Assembly: GCF_039812165.1 (NCBI RefSeq)
Contig: NZ_JBDIAB010000001.1
Span: 5,193-69,192, forward strand
Reading direction: 5' to 3'
Origin: Microbacterium sp.
Lineage (GTDB): Bacteria; Actinomycetota; Actinomycetes; Actinomycetales; Microbacteriaceae
DNA: 64,000 bases
In this document: one piece after another, positions 17,733 through 29,953 of the stretch
Position numbering within the stretch: the first letter of the stretch is position 1
Layout of the letters: every line of letters starts with the position of its first letter
Notes under the pieces: model-generated
What the model saw: the letters and a program-made list of their open reading frames with translations, nothing else
What the model was told of the DNA's origin: nothing
The model's database searches: none
Translations under genes and position numbers: made by a program

Positions 17733-18737
17733 CTAGACGCGGCGGAGGAGGCCGACCTTGTCGTAGACGTCGGCGAGGGTCGCGTTCGCGACCTCCTCGG
17801 CGCGCCCCGCGTTGACCGCGAGCACGCGGTCGAGCTCGCCGGGATCGGCCAGCAGCGCGAGCGCGCGCTCGCGTACCGGGCCGAACTCGTTCACGACGAC
17901 CTCGGCGAGGCCCTTCTTGAAGTCTCCGTAGCCGCGTCCGGCGTACTCGTCCTCGATCGACGGGATCTGACGCCCGGTCAGCGCGGCGTAGATCACCAGC
18001 AGGTTCGACACGCCCGGCTTGGCCTGCCGGTCGTAGCGCACCGAGCCCTCCGAGTCGGTGACGGCCCGCATGATCTTCTTCGCGGTGACCGCCGGGTCGT
18101 CCAGCAGCCACAGCACGCCGGCGTCCGACTCGGCCGACTTCGACATCTTGGCGGTCGGGTTCTGCAGGTCGAAGATGCGCGCGGTGTCCTGCTGGATGAC
18201 CGGCATCGGCACCGTGAACGCCCGCCCGTACCGCGAGTTGAACCGCTCCGCGAGGTCGCGCGTGAGCTCGACGTGCTGCTTCTGGTCGTCGCCGACCGGC
18301 ACGATGTCGGTCTGGTAGAGCAGGATGTCGGCCGCCATGAGCATCGGGTAGGTGAAGAGCCCGACGTTGGTGGCGTCGGACCCGTACCGCTGCGACTTGT
18401 CCTTGAACTGCGTCATGCGGCCGGCCTCGCCGAAGCCGGTGATGGTCGACAGGATCCACGCCAGCTCGGCGTGGGCGGGCACGTGCGACTGCACGTACAG
18501 CGTCGCGCGCGACGGCTCGATGCCGGCCGCGATGTACTGGGCGGCGGTGCGCCGCGTCTTCTCGCGCAGCTCGGCCGGGTCGTTCGGCTGGGTGAGCGCA
18601 TGCAGGTCGACGACCGAGAAGAACGCCTGGTACGACTGCTGCAGCTCGCGCCACTGCATGAGCGCCCCGATGTAGTTGCCGATCTGGAGGGAGTCGGCGG
18701 AGGGCTGCATTCCGGAGTAGAGGCGCGGTTTGGTCAC
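17733..18737 (-). CDS. trpS: Tryptophan--tRNA ligase
   Basis: SGMQPS, LQIGNYIGA, VDLHALT, VPVGDDQKQH, KMSKS. Confidence 0.97.
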   Translation of the reverse strand: MTKPRLYSGMQPSADSLQIGNYIGALMQWRELQQSYQAFFSVVDLHALTQPNDPAELREKTRRTAAQYIAAGIEPSRATLYVQSHVPAHAELAWILSTITGFGEAGRMTQFKDKSQRYGSDATNVGLFTYPMLMAADILLYQTDIVPVGDDQKQHVELTRDLAERFNSRYGRAFTVPMPVIQQDTARIFDLQNPTAKMSKSAESDAGVLWLLDDPAVTAKKIMRAVTDSEGSVRYDRQAKPGVSNLLVIYAALTGRQIPSIEDEYAGRGYGDFKKGLAEVVVNEFGPVRERALALLADPGELDRVLAVNAGRAEEVANATLADVYDKVGLLRRV

Positions 18738-18800
18738 CCGACAATCCTAGGGCTGGCGGATGCCGGGGCTTCCGACGGCGGCGAGGCCCGCGCCGCGGGC

Positions 18801-19643
18801 TCAGGCCCCGATGCGGTAGTCGGCCACGACCGGAGCGTGGTCGCTCCAGCGGGTGTCCCACGACGGCGCGCGCAGCACGTGGTAGCCGGAGACGCGCTCG
18901 GCGAGCTCGGGGGTCGCGAGGTGGTAGTCGATGCGCCAGCCGGTGTCGTTGTCGAAGGCGCGTCCGCGCATCGACCACCACGTGTACGGCCCGTCGATGT
19001 CGCCGTGGAAGCGGCGCCCGACGTCGACCCAGCCGAGGCCGGTGCCCGACGAGCCGTCGACCCCTGCGACGACCGCGCCGTCGGGGCCGAGGAAGCGGTC
19101 GAAGTACGCGCGCTCGCGCGGCAGGAACCCGGACTTCTTGCGGTTCGCCCGCCAGTTGCGGATGTCGAGCTCGCGATGCCCGACGTTCAGGTCGCCCATC
19201 ACGAGCGCGAGCGGCGCCTCGGCGCGGAGCACCGGCAGCCGTGCCTCCATCGCGTCGAGGAACGCCCACTTCGGGTCCTGGCGGGGTGTGTCGGCCTCGC
19301 CGGTGTGCACGTAGGCGCTCACGACGGTGACGCTCTCGCCGTCGACGTCGAAGTCGGCCTCGATCCACCGCCCGGCCGAGTCGAGGCCCTCGGCCCCCAG
19401 CACCGTGCGGGTGCGGACGGGGGCGCGGCGGCTCGCGACGGCGACGCCCGCGCGGCCCTTCTGCAGCGCCTCGTCGCCGACGAGCTCCCAGCCGGGGAGC
19501 GCGGCGGCCAGCTCGTCGGCGGAGGCGCGCACCTCCTGCAGGGCGACGATGTCGGGCTGGGCCGCCTCGATCCAGTCGAGCATGCCCTTGCGGACGGCGG
19601 CACGGATGCCGTTGACATTGACGGTCGCGATTCGTACGGGCAC
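18801..19643 (-). CDS. xthA: Exodeoxyribonuclease III (AP endonuclease)
   Basis: ATVNVNGIRA, LQEV, GDLNV, YTWWS, GWRIDY, SDHAPV. Confidence 0.93.
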   Translation of the reverse strand: MPVRIATVNVNGIRAAVRKGMLDWIEAAQPDIVALQEVRASADELAAALPGWELVGDEALQKGRAGVAVASRRAPVRTRTVLGAEGLDSAGRWIEADFDVDGESVTVVSAYVHTGEADTPRQDPKWAFLDAMEARLPVLRAEAPLALVMGDLNVGHRELDIRNWRANRKKSGFLPRERAYFDRFLGPDGAVVAGVDGSSGTGLGWVDVGRRFHGDIDGPYTWWSMRGRAFDNDTGWRIDYHLATPELAERVSGYHVLRAPSWDTRWSDHAPVVADYRIGA

Positions 19644-19795
19644 GACCGTCAGCTTAGGCCAGCGCTCCGACACCGCACCGCCGTCGCGACCGGTCGTGAC
19701 GCGAGGACCACCGGCTTCGCGGGATCGAGCCGCTGAGCGGCACCGGACCCCGCTGCGGCGTCGTGGCATCCGCCCTCAAGGCCGCCTCAGCCGCC

Positions 19796-20983
19796 TCAGC
19801 CGCCCCCGCCGGGGCGGGCACGGCGGGCGGGCGGAGGCTCCTCCGACCCCGACGCCTCGACCTCGAACAGCGCGTCGAGCGCGTCGCGCACCGCGCGGTC
19901 GGCGCCCGCCGCACGCCACCAGGGCGTCCTGCGCCGCACCTCGCGCGCCGCGCGGAGGCGGGCCCGCGCCTGCTGCACGCGCACGCCGTGCTCGACGGCG
20001 CGCCGCTCGGCCTCACTCGGCGGCAGCAGCGGGATGTCGCCGTCGCGGGCGAACACCGCGATCCACGACGCCGCGAAGAGGAGGATGACGCCGACCAGCT
20101 GGAACCACAGCAGCAGACCCACGAAGATCGCGAAGGTCGCGAGCAACGGGTTGCGCGGCACCGAGGTCAGCAGGTAGCCGGTCGCCACCTGCAGCAGCGT
20201 GATGCCGGCCGCACCGAGGAGCGCTCCCGGCCTGATCGCGCGCCAGGCGAGGGCCGTGCGGGTGAGGAAGCGCAGGAGCCCCGCGAGCGTGACGGCGTAC
20301 ACGGTGAACGAGATGGTCACCGAGGCCAACCAGATGCCGAAGCCGTACAGGGCGGAGTGGGTGCCCCAGCCCAGCGCGGTGAGGATCAGTCCGGCGGCGC
20401 CCGTGCCGGCGGTGCCGATCACGAAGCCCGCGATCAGCGCGAGCGCGAGCGCGCACGCGGCCACGAGGTCGCGGGCCTTGACGACCACGATGTTCTGGCG
20501 GTCGGGCGGCAGGCCGAACACGTTGCGCACCGCGCGACGCGAGAACGAGACGAAGCCGATGGCCGTCCAGATCGACACGACGATCGCGACGGAGCCCGTG
20601 ACGGCGAGGACGCCGCGCGACTCGCGGGCGATGTCCCAGACCTGGCTGCGCGTGAACAGCCCGCCCTCGCCGATGAGGCCGTGGACGTAGCTGTTGATGC
20701 CGTCGATCAGCGCGTTCACCGCGGCGGGGCTCGCGCCGAGCCAGATGCCGGCGGCGGCGAACGCCACGTAGATGCCGGCGAACACCGCGAACAGCGCCTG
20801 ATAGCTGACGCCCGCGGCGAGCAGGAACCCGCTGTGGTCGAGGAAGTGCCGCCACACCCGCACCGGGAACCACTCGAGAGTGCGCTGCGCGACGGTGCTC
20901 GCACGGGCGATCGGACCGGTGAGCCGTTCGCGGATCGCCGGCCCTGAACCACCGATCGACGCCTCGTCGCGATTGCCGGACAC
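19796..20983 (-). CDS. YihY/BrkB-family membrane protein (copy 2)
   Basis: GFLLAAGVSYQALFAVFA, multiple TMs, NPLLATF..VGLLLWF; paralogous to the adjacent gene. Confidence 0.85.
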   Translation of the reverse strand: MSGNRDEASIGGSGPAIRERLTGPIARASTVAQRTLEWFPVRVWRHFLDHSGFLLAAGVSYQALFAVFAGIYVAFAAAGIWLGASPAAVNALIDGINSYVHGLIGEGGLFTRSQVWDIARESRGVLAVTGSVAIVVSIWTAIGFVSFSRRAVRNVFGLPPDRQNIVVVKARDLVAACALALALIAGFVIGTAGTGAAGLILTALGWGTHSALYGFGIWLASVTISFTVYAVTLAGLLRFLTRTALAWRAIRPGALLGAAGITLLQVATGYLLTSVPRNPLLATFAIFVGLLLWFQLVGVILLFAASWIAVFARDGDIPLLPPSEAERRAVEHGVRVQQARARLRAAREVRRRTPWWRAAGADRAVRDALDALFEVEASGSEEPPPARRARPGGGG

Positions 20984-21037
20984 GAGAGTCAGACTATCGA
21001 TCCCGCTCCGGCGCGCGTGCGCACGCGCGCACCGGCA

Positions 21038-22213
21038 TCAGTCGTAGAGGATGCCGCGCCTGGGCGGCGGGGGAGCGCTCGCCCTCAGCCGCGCGAGCTC
21101 GTCCTCGGCCTCGCGCACGGCGCGGTTGGCCCGCCACACGCGATACCAGGCCGCGCCGGCGCGGGCCTCCTGGGCGTCGCGCAGCCGCATCTCGGCCGCC
21201 GACGTCAGCACGGCGTGCTCGGCGCGCCGGCGGTCCTCCTCGCTCACCGGCTCCAGCGGGATCTCCCGGTCGGAGGCGGTGACGGCGATCCACGACGCCG
21301 CGACGAGCATGACGATGCCGACGAGGCGGAACCACAGGAGGAACCCGATCACGACCGAGAACGTGGCCAGCAGCGGATTGGTCGGCGTGTAGGCGAACAG
21401 GGCCGCGACGCCCACCTGGAGCACCGCCATGCCGCCGCCGCCGAGCAGCGCGCCGGGCCAGATCGTGCGCCAGGGCAGCGATGCGCCGGCGAGGAAGCGG
21501 AAGAGCCCCGCGAGCGCCGCCGCGTTGATCGCGAAGGCGACGACGAGCGACAGCGTCCGCAGGAGCAGCTGGAACCAGATCGACGTCTCGGTGATCCCCA
21601 CGAGGGAGAGGAGGGCGTCGAGCAGCCCGGTGGTGGCGACGCCGAGCATGAAGCCGATGACGAGCGCGACGCCGAACAGCGCCGCCGCGAAGAAGTCGCG
21701 CGTCTTCAGCAGCACGTAGTTGCGGCGGTCGAACGGCAGGCCGAAGATGTCGCGGACGGCGCGACGCGCGAAGGTCACGAACCCGGTGGCGGTCCAGACC
21801 GCGGCGACGATCGCGACGGCGCCGGTGAGCGCGAGCGCCCCGGCGCTGCGGGTCGCGATCGTCGCCACCTGCTCGGGGGTGACGAGCCCGTCCGCCGCGA
21901 TGATGCCCGGGATGTACCGGTTCACGAGGTCGATCACACGGTCGACGGCCTGCGTGCTGCCGCCGAGCCACACCCCGACGGCGGCGAACGCGACGTAGAT
22001 GACCGCGAAGATCGCGAACAGCGCCTGGTAGCTGATGCTCGCGGCCAGCAGGAACCCGTTGTGCTGGAGGAAGTGGCGCCACACCCGCACCGGGAACCAG
22101 GCGAGGGTCTTCTTCGTCAGCTCGGTCGCGCGGGCGATCGGCTCCTCGAAGCGCTCGCGCAGTGTCGCGCTCTCTCCGGCGCCGGATGCCGGTTCGTCGC
22201 CGTCGCCTGTCAC
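21038..22213 (-). CDS. YihY/BrkB-family membrane protein (copy 1)
   Basis: GFLLAASISYQALFAIFA, NPLLATFSVVIGFLLWF. Confidence 0.85.
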   Translation of the reverse strand: MTGDGDEPASGAGESATLRERFEEPIARATELTKKTLAWFPVRVWRHFLQHNGFLLAASISYQALFAIFAVIYVAFAAVGVWLGGSTQAVDRVIDLVNRYIPGIIAADGLVTPEQVATIATRSAGALALTGAVAIVAAVWTATGFVTFARRAVRDIFGLPFDRRNYVLLKTRDFFAAALFGVALVIGFMLGVATTGLLDALLSLVGITETSIWFQLLLRTLSLVVAFAINAAALAGLFRFLAGASLPWRTIWPGALLGGGGMAVLQVGVAALFAYTPTNPLLATFSVVIGFLLWFRLVGIVMLVAASWIAVTASDREIPLEPVSEEDRRRAEHAVLTSAAEMRLRDAQEARAGAAWYRVWRANRAVREAEDELARLRASAPPPPRRGILYD

Positions 22214-22244
22214 GCAGCCAGACTACCGACCGGGCGCGGGCGGC

Positions 22245-23023
22245 TCAGCCGCGCAGGACCGCCTGCTTGACCTCGGCGATGGCCTTGGTGACCTCGATGC
22301 CGCGGGGGCACGCCTCGGTGCAGTTGAAGGTCGTGCGACAGCGCCACACGCCCTCCTTGTCGTTGAGGATGTCGAGGCGCACGTTCGCGGCGTCGTCGCG
22401 CGAGTCGAAGATGAACCGGTGCGCGTTGACGATCGCGGCGGGGCCGAAGTACTGGCCGTCGGTCCAGAACACCGGGCACGACGACGTGCACGCCGCGCAG
22501 AGGATGCACTTGGTCGTGTCGTCGAAGATCTCGCGGTCGACGATCGACTGGATGCGCTCCTTGCCGGGCTCGGGCTTCGAGTTCGCGATGAGGAACGGCT
22601 GCACCTCGCGGTACGAGGCGAAGAACGGCTCCATGTCGACGACGAGGTCCTTCTCCAGCGGCAGGCCCTTGATGGCCTCGACGTAGATCGGCTTCGAGAT
22701 GTCGAGGTCCTTGATGAGCGTCTTGCACGCCAGGCGGTTGCGGCCGTTGATGCGCATCGCGTCGGAGCCGCAGATGCCGTGTGCGCAGGAGCGGCGGAAC
22801 GTGAGCGAGCCGTCGACCTCCCACTTGATCTTGTGCAGCGCGTCGAGCACGCGGTCGGTGGAGTACAGCTCCACGTCGTAGTCGACCCAGCGCGGCTCGG
22901 AGTCGCGCTCCGGGTCGAAGCGACGGATGATGAAGGTCACGAGGAAGGACTGGATGGGAGCCTCGTCGCTCGCCTCGGCGACGGTGTCCTGCTCGACGAC
23001 CTCTTCGACGATGGCGGTCGACA

Positions 23024-23024
<1 letters not shown>
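22245..23024 (-). CDS. sdhB: Succinate dehydrogenase iron-sulfur subunit
   Basis: RRSCAHGICGSDAM, CILCAACTSSCP, CRTTFNCTEACP. Confidence 0.96.
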
Positions 23025-24850
<1,826 letters not shown>

Positions 24851-24880
24851 GTGTGGAGGCTTTCTTCTACTCGGCGTGCG

Positions 24881-25351
24881 TCACGAAAGGCAGAGGTCCT
24901 GGAGCCACTGGACGCTGTCGCCGCTCGCGCCCAGGCACGGGTCGAAGGTGAAGACGACGAGCGTGCCGAGCAGGATGAGGAACGCGGCGGACAGCCACAG
25001 CGCGGCGACCAGCACGCGGCGGATGCGCGGCCCTGTCACATAGTCGTTCACGATCGTGCGCATGCCGTTGGCGCCGTGGATGAGGGCGAGCCACAGCATG
25101 AGCACGTCCCACCACTGCCAGAACGGCGTCGCGAACTTGCCGGCGACGAACGCGAAGTCCACGCCGTGGATGCCCTCGCCCATCATGAGGTTCACGAACA
25201 GGTGGCCGAAGATCAGGACGACCAGCAGCACGCCGGAGACGCGCATGTAGATCCAGCCCCACTTCTCGAGGTTCGCGCCCTTGCGGCGCACCGTCGTGCG
25301 GGGGGCGGCGAGCGCGTCGCGCTGCGAGCGGCGGAGCGTGTCGGTGGCCAT
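24881..25351 (-). CDS. sdhD: Succinate dehydrogenase membrane anchor subunit
   Basis: WIYMRVSGV...GHL, HGANGMR; operon position. Confidence 0.9.
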   Translation of the reverse strand: MATDTLRRSQRDALAAPRTTVRRKGANLEKWGWIYMRVSGVLLVVLIFGHLFVNLMMGEGIHGVDFAFVAGKFATPFWQWWDVLMLWLALIHGANGMRTIVNDYVTGPRIRRVLVAALWLSAAFLILLGTLVVFTFDPCLGASGDSVQWLQDLCLS

Positions 25352-25785
25352 CAGTGACCGCCTCCCACCGAGGAGAAGACGATCGGCAGGTGACGGGCCG
25401 AGAAGCCGACGATCGTGACCGCCCACACGCCCAGGACCGTCCACCACAGCTGCCGCTGGTGACGGGTCGCCCAGGGCCATGTGTCGACGGCGATGATCCG
25501 CAGGCCGTTGAACGCGTGGTACGCGATCGCGGCCACGAGGGCGACCTCGCCGAGCCCCATGATCGGGTTCTTGTAGGTGCCGATGACCGCGTCGTACGCC
25601 TCCGGCGAGACGCGGATGAGAGCGGTGTCGAGCACGTGCACGAGCAGGAAGAAGAAGATCGCGACGCCGGTGATGCGATGCAGCACCCAGGACCACATGC
25701 CTTCGTTGCCGCGGTACAGGGTGCCGCGCGGGGTTCTCGACGTGGTCTGCGTCAACGACGGTGTGACGCGTGCTGGTGCAGACAC
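25351..25785 (-). CDS. sdhC: Succinate dehydrogenase cytochrome b556 subunit
   Basis: GMWSWVLHRITG, HAFNGLR; GGGAGG RBS. Confidence 0.92.
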   Translation of the reverse strand: MSAPARVTPSLTQTTSRTPRGTLYRGNEGMWSWVLHRITGVAIFFFLLVHVLDTALIRVSPEAYDAVIGTYKNPIMGLGEVALVAAIAYHAFNGLRIIAVDTWPWATRHQRQLWWTVLGVWAVTIVGFSARHLPIVFSSVGGGH

Positions 25786-25999
25786 GATCGTCCTCCCTTG
25801 GTGTGAGCCGACTGCTCGAAGCGCCGGAGGGCAAGCGATGACCCGGGGGCCGAGCCCTGCGTCGCACGGGCGCACAGTCATCCTATTCCTGTCCGCCCCG
25901 TGCGGCGACTGAGGCGAGCCTTACCGGGAGACGACGCGAGGCGCGCTCGGGCGGCGCGTGCGGAGGCGGAACGCCGGAGGCCGCGGGTACGCTCGGACC

Positions 26000-27115
26000 A
26001 TGGTGGACGCGATCTCCGACCTGTATGCCGTCATCCCCGCGGGAGGGGTGGGAAGCCGGCTGTGGCCGCTCTCGCGCGCCGACGCGCCGAAGTTCCTGCA
26101 CGACCTCACCGGCTCCGGCAGCTCGCTGCTGCGCGACACGTGGGACCGGCTCGAGCCGCTCACCGGCCATGACCGCATCGCGGTGGTGACCGGTCGCGCG
26201 CATCGGGCGGCGGTGGAGGCGGAGCTTCCCGGCATCCCGGATCGCAACGTGTTCCTCGAGTCCGAGCCGCGCGACTCGGGGGCGGCCATCGGGCTGGCTG
26301 CGGCGATCCTGAGCCGCCGCGATCCCGACGTGATCATCGGCTCCTTCCACGCCGACCATGTCATCCGGGTGCTGCCGGTGTTCCACTGGGCGGTGCAGCA
26401 GGCGGTCGCCGTCGCGCGCGAGGGATACATCTGCACGATCGGCATCACCCCGACCGAGCCCGCCGTGGGCTTCGGCTACATCCAGAAGGGCGAGATGCTC
26501 GCCGTCGAGGGCGCCCCCGAGGCGGCCCTGGTCGACCGCTTCGTGGAGAAGCCCGACCTGGCCACCGCGAAGGAGTACGTGGCATCCCGCTCCTTCTTCT
26601 GGAATGCGGGCATGTTCATCTCGCGCGCCGACGTGCTGCTCGGCGAGATCGCCGAGAACGACCCGGAGCTGTACGCGGGGCTCATGGACCTCGCCGAGGT
26701 GTGGGACGACCGCGAGCGGCGCGGCCCGGTCGTCGACCGCGTGTGGCCGACGCTCCCGAAGATCGCCATCGACTACGTCGTCGCCGAGCCGGCGGCCGCC
26801 AAGGGCCGGCTCGCCGTCGTGCCGGGGCACTTCGACTGGGACGACGTGGGCGACTTCGCGAGCCTCGCGAAGCTCAACTCGGGCGGACGCAAGAACGACC
26901 TCGCGATCCTCGGCGAGAACGCGCGCATCCTCTCCGACGCCGCGAGCGGCATCGTGGTCAGCCACACGAAGCGCGTGATCAGCCTCATCGGCGTCAAGGA
27001 CATCGTCGTCGTCGACACCGAGGACGCGCTCCTGGTGACCACGAGCGAGCACGCGCAGCGCGTCAAGCACGTGGTCGACGCGCTCAAGCTCACCGGCCGT
27101 GGGGACGTCCTCTGA
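26000..27115 (+). CDS. manC: Mannose-1-phosphate guanylyltransferase
   Basis: VIPAGGVGSRLWPLSR, ADH, GFGYI, FVEKP, WNAGMF, WDDVG. Confidence 0.92.
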   Translation: MVDAISDLYAVIPAGGVGSRLWPLSRADAPKFLHDLTGSGSSLLRDTWDRLEPLTGHDRIAVVTGRAHRAAVEAELPGIPDRNVFLESEPRDSGAAIGLAAAILSRRDPDVIIGSFHADHVIRVLPVFHWAVQQAVAVAREGYICTIGITPTEPAVGFGYIQKGEMLAVEGAPEAALVDRFVEKPDLATAKEYVASRSFFWNAGMFISRADVLLGEIAENDPELYAGLMDLAEVWDDRERRGPVVDRVWPTLPKIAIDYVVAEPAAAKGRLAVVPGHFDWDDVGDFASLAKLNSGGRKNDLAILGENARILSDAASGIVVSHTKRVISLIGVKDIVVVDTEDALLVTTSEHAQRVKHVVDALKLTGRGDVL

Positions 27116-27231
27116 CCCGCTGTGTTGCGAGTTCATAACCATTCACCGAATGTCCTGGTGAATCGCGCCGCAATGGGTAGCTTCTTCTCGGAAGCTCGCG
27201 ATGTCCGCGAGTCGAGATCGTGGAGGCAGAG

Positions 27232-28332
27232 TTGACCATTTCTACCCGAAAGCGCCTGCTCGGCGGCGTCGTCGCCGCGAGCGTGCTCGTCGCCCTCGTC
27301 GGCTGTGGATCGGCACCCGAGGAGTCCTCGTCCGACGGCGGCGGAAGCGGCGCCGTCGACGGCTTCAAGCCCTGCATCGTCTCCGGCACCGGCGGCTGGG
27401 AGGACCGGTCGTTCAACGAGCTCGGCAAGAAGGGCTTCGACGAGGCGCTCGAGGAGCTCGGCATCGACGGCGTCGACGTGGCGTCGAACACGAGCTCGGA
27501 CTTCGCCCCCAACATCCAGAGCGTGCTCGACCAGAACTGCACCATGGTGATCACGGTCGGCTTCGACCTCGCCGCGGCGGCGGCCGAGGCGGCGGCGGCC
27601 AACCCCGACGTGCAGTTCGTCTCGATCGACGACATCGTCGACCAGGACTTCGACGGCAAGACCGACCAGCCCAACATCAAGCCGATCATCTTCGACACCG
27701 CCCAGGCGGCGTTCCTGGCCGGCTACGCGTCGGCCTCGTTCTCGAAGGCGAAGAAGGTCGGCACGTTCGGCGGCAAGCCGTTCCCGACCGTCACGATCTT
27801 CATGGACGGCTTCAAGCAGGGCGTCGAGTACTGGAACGAGCAGAAGGGCGACACCGTCGAGGTGCTCGGCTGGGACGGCACCAACGGCGTGTTCGCCGAC
27901 GCGTTCGTGCCCGGCCAGCCGGCGACCAACGCCGCGCAGGGCCTCGTCGACCAGGGCGTCGACGTGCTCCTCCCGGTCGGCGGCGGCATCTACCAGAGTG
28001 CCGCGTCGGTGATCCGCGACTCCGGACGCGAGATCGCGCTCCTGGGCGTCGACGCCGACGTGTTCGAGACCGACCCGAACGTCGGCGACCTGCTCCTGAC
28101 CTCGATCCGCAAGTTCATCGACGTCGGCGTCAAGGAGACGGTCGTGGCGGCGGGCAAGGGCGACTTCGACGCCGCCCCGTTCATCGGCACGCTCGAGAAC
28201 AAGGGCGTGGGCCTGGCCCCGTTCCACGACTTCGAGAGCAAGGTCTCGCCCGACCTGCAGGGCGAGCTCGACGAGATCACCGCCGGCATCGTCGACGGAT
28301 CGATCCCGGTCACCTCGTACCTGGCGGAGTGA
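27232..28332 (+). CDS. BMP-family nucleoside ABC transporter substrate-binding lipoprotein
   Basis: Lipobox LVGC, DRSFN, AAFLAGY, LGVDAD; TTG start after a GGAGG RBS. Confidence 0.9.
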   Translation: MTISTRKRLLGGVVAASVLVALVGCGSAPEESSSDGGGSGAVDGFKPCIVSGTGGWEDRSFNELGKKGFDEALEELGIDGVDVASNTSSDFAPNIQSVLDQNCTMVITVGFDLAAAAAEAAAANPDVQFVSIDDIVDQDFDGKTDQPNIKPIIFDTAQAAFLAGYASASFSKAKKVGTFGGKPFPTVTIFMDGFKQGVEYWNEQKGDTVEVLGWDGTNGVFADAFVPGQPATNAAQGLVDQGVDVLLPVGGGIYQSAASVIRDSGREIALLGVDADVFETDPNVGDLLLTSIRKFIDVGVKETVVAAGKGDFDAAPFIGTLENKGVGLAPFHDFESKVSPDLQGELDEITAGIVDGSIPVTSYLAE

Positions 28333-28345
28333 CCCCGTGACGGAC

Positions 28346-28378
28346 CCGAGGGCGGCTGGCTGATCCAGCCGCCCTCGG
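28346..28378 (+). terminator. Intercistronic hairpin
   Basis: 14-bp perfect stem CCGAGGGCGGCTGG / CCAGCCGCCCTCGG after the lipoprotein gene. Confidence 0.6.
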
Positions 28379-28438
28379 CCGTTCGCGAGAGGCATCCATC
28401 TGGTGCGCTCCGGCACCCCGACTCCTAGGATCAGGAAC

Positions 28439-29953
28439 ATGAAGCTCGAGCTCCGCGGCATCACCAAGCGGTTCGGCAGTCTCGTCGCCAACGACCACAT
28501 CGACCTCGTGGTCGAGCCCGGCGAGATCCACTGCCTCCTCGGCGAGAACGGAGCGGGCAAGTCCACGCTCATGAACGTCCTCTACGGCCTCTACACGGCC
28601 GACGAGGGCGCGATCCTCCTCGACGACCGCGTGCAGGCCTTCCGCGGTCCCGGCGACGCGATGCGCGCCGGCATCGGCATGGTCCACCAGCACTTCATGC
28701 TGGTGCCCGTCTTCACCGTCGCCGAGAACGTCATGCTCGGCCACGAGTCCACCAAGGCCGGCGGCCTCCTCGACCTCGCCGCGGCGCGCGCCCGGGTGCG
28801 CGAGATCTCGGCGCGCTTCGGCTTCCACGTCGATCCGGATGCCGTCGTCGAGGACCTCCCGGTCGGCGTGCAGCAGCGCGTCGAGATCATCAAGGCGTTG
28901 TCGCGCGACGCGCGTGTGCTCGTCTTCGACGAGCCCACCGCCGTCCTCACCCCGCAGGAGACCGACGAGCTGATGGGCATCATGCGCCAGCTCAAGGAGT
29001 CCGGCGCCGCCATCGTCTTCATCACCCACAAGCTGCGCGAGGTGCGCGAGGTGGCCGACCGCATCACGGTGATCCGCCTCGGCAAGGTCGTCGGCGAGGC
29101 GTCTCCGCAGTCGTCGAACGTCGAGCTCGCGTCGATGATGGTCGGTCGTGCGGTCGACCTCACCGTCCACAAGGACCCGCCGCAGCTGCGCGAGGGCGGG
29201 CTCGTCGTCGACGGGCTCAGCGTCATCGACCCGAACGGCCAGGTGGTCGTCGACGACCTCTCGTTCCGGGTGCGCGGCGGCGAGATCCTCGCCATCGCGG
29301 GCGTGCAGGGCAACGGCCAGACCGAGCTCACCGAGGCGCTCCTCGGCCTGCAGCCGCAGGTGCGCGGCTCCATCACCCTCGACGGCCAGGAGCTCGTCGG
29401 GCGGAGCGTGCGTCGCGTCCTCGACGCCGGCGTGGGCTTCGTGCCCGAGGACCGCAACGAGGACGGCCTGGTCGGCGCCTTCTCGATCGCCGAGAACCTC
29501 ATGCTCGATCGCGCCGAGGGCCCGCCGTTCGTCAAGGGCGGCTCGGTGCAGCGGGGCTACCTGGAGAGGTTCGCGACCGAGAAGTTCGCCGAGTTCGACG
29601 TGCGCGCGCAGGGCATCGACACTCCGGTCGCGCGGATGTCGGGCGGCAACCAGCAGAAGGTCGTGCTCGCGCGCGAGCTGAGCCGCGAGCTCGCCCTGTT
29701 CGTCGCCGCCCAGCCCACACGCGGCGTGGACGTGGGCTCGATCGAGTTCATCCACAAGCGCATCGTGGCCACGCGCGACAGCGGCGTCCCCGTCATCGTC
29801 GTCTCCACCGAGCTCGACGAGGTCACCGCGCTCGCCGACCGCATCATGGTGATGTACCGTGGCCGCATCGTCGGCATCGTGCCGGGCGACGCGCCGCGCG
29901 ACACGATCGGCCTCATGATGGCCGGCGAGCTGCCCGAGGGGGTGGCCGCATGA
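28439..29953 (+). CDS. Nucleoside ABC transporter ATPase (CUT2 double domain)
   Basis: LGENGAGKST, DEPT, MSGGNQQK, QPTRGVDV. Confidence 0.93.
   Translation: MKLELRGITKRFGSLVANDHIDLVVEPGEIHCLLGENGAGKSTLMNVLYGLYTADEGAILLDDRVQAFRGPGDAMRAGIGMVHQHFMLVPVFTVAENVMLGHESTKAGGLLDLAAARARVREISARFGFHVDPDAVVEDLPVGVQQRVEIIKALSRDARVLVFDEPTAVLTPQETDELMGIMRQLKESGAAIVFITHKLREVREVADRITVIRLGKVVGEASPQSSNVELASMMVGRAVDLTVHKDPPQLREGGLVVDGLSVIDPNGQVVVDDLSFRVRGGEILAIAGVQGNGQTELTEALLGLQPQVRGSITLDGQELVGRSVRRVLDAGVGFVPEDRNEDGLVGAFSIAENLMLDRAEGPPFVKGGSVQRGYLERFATEKFAEFDVRAQGIDTPVARMSGGNQQKVVLARELSRELALFVAAQPTRGVDVGSIEFIHKRIVATRDSGVPVIVVSTELDEVTALADRIMVMYRGRIVGIVPGDAPRDTIGLMMAGELPEGVAA

Noticed and set aside
18738-18800. 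T-box or attenuator upstream of trpS
   Set aside because: Only about 60 bp of intergenic space, and the gene appears leaderless.
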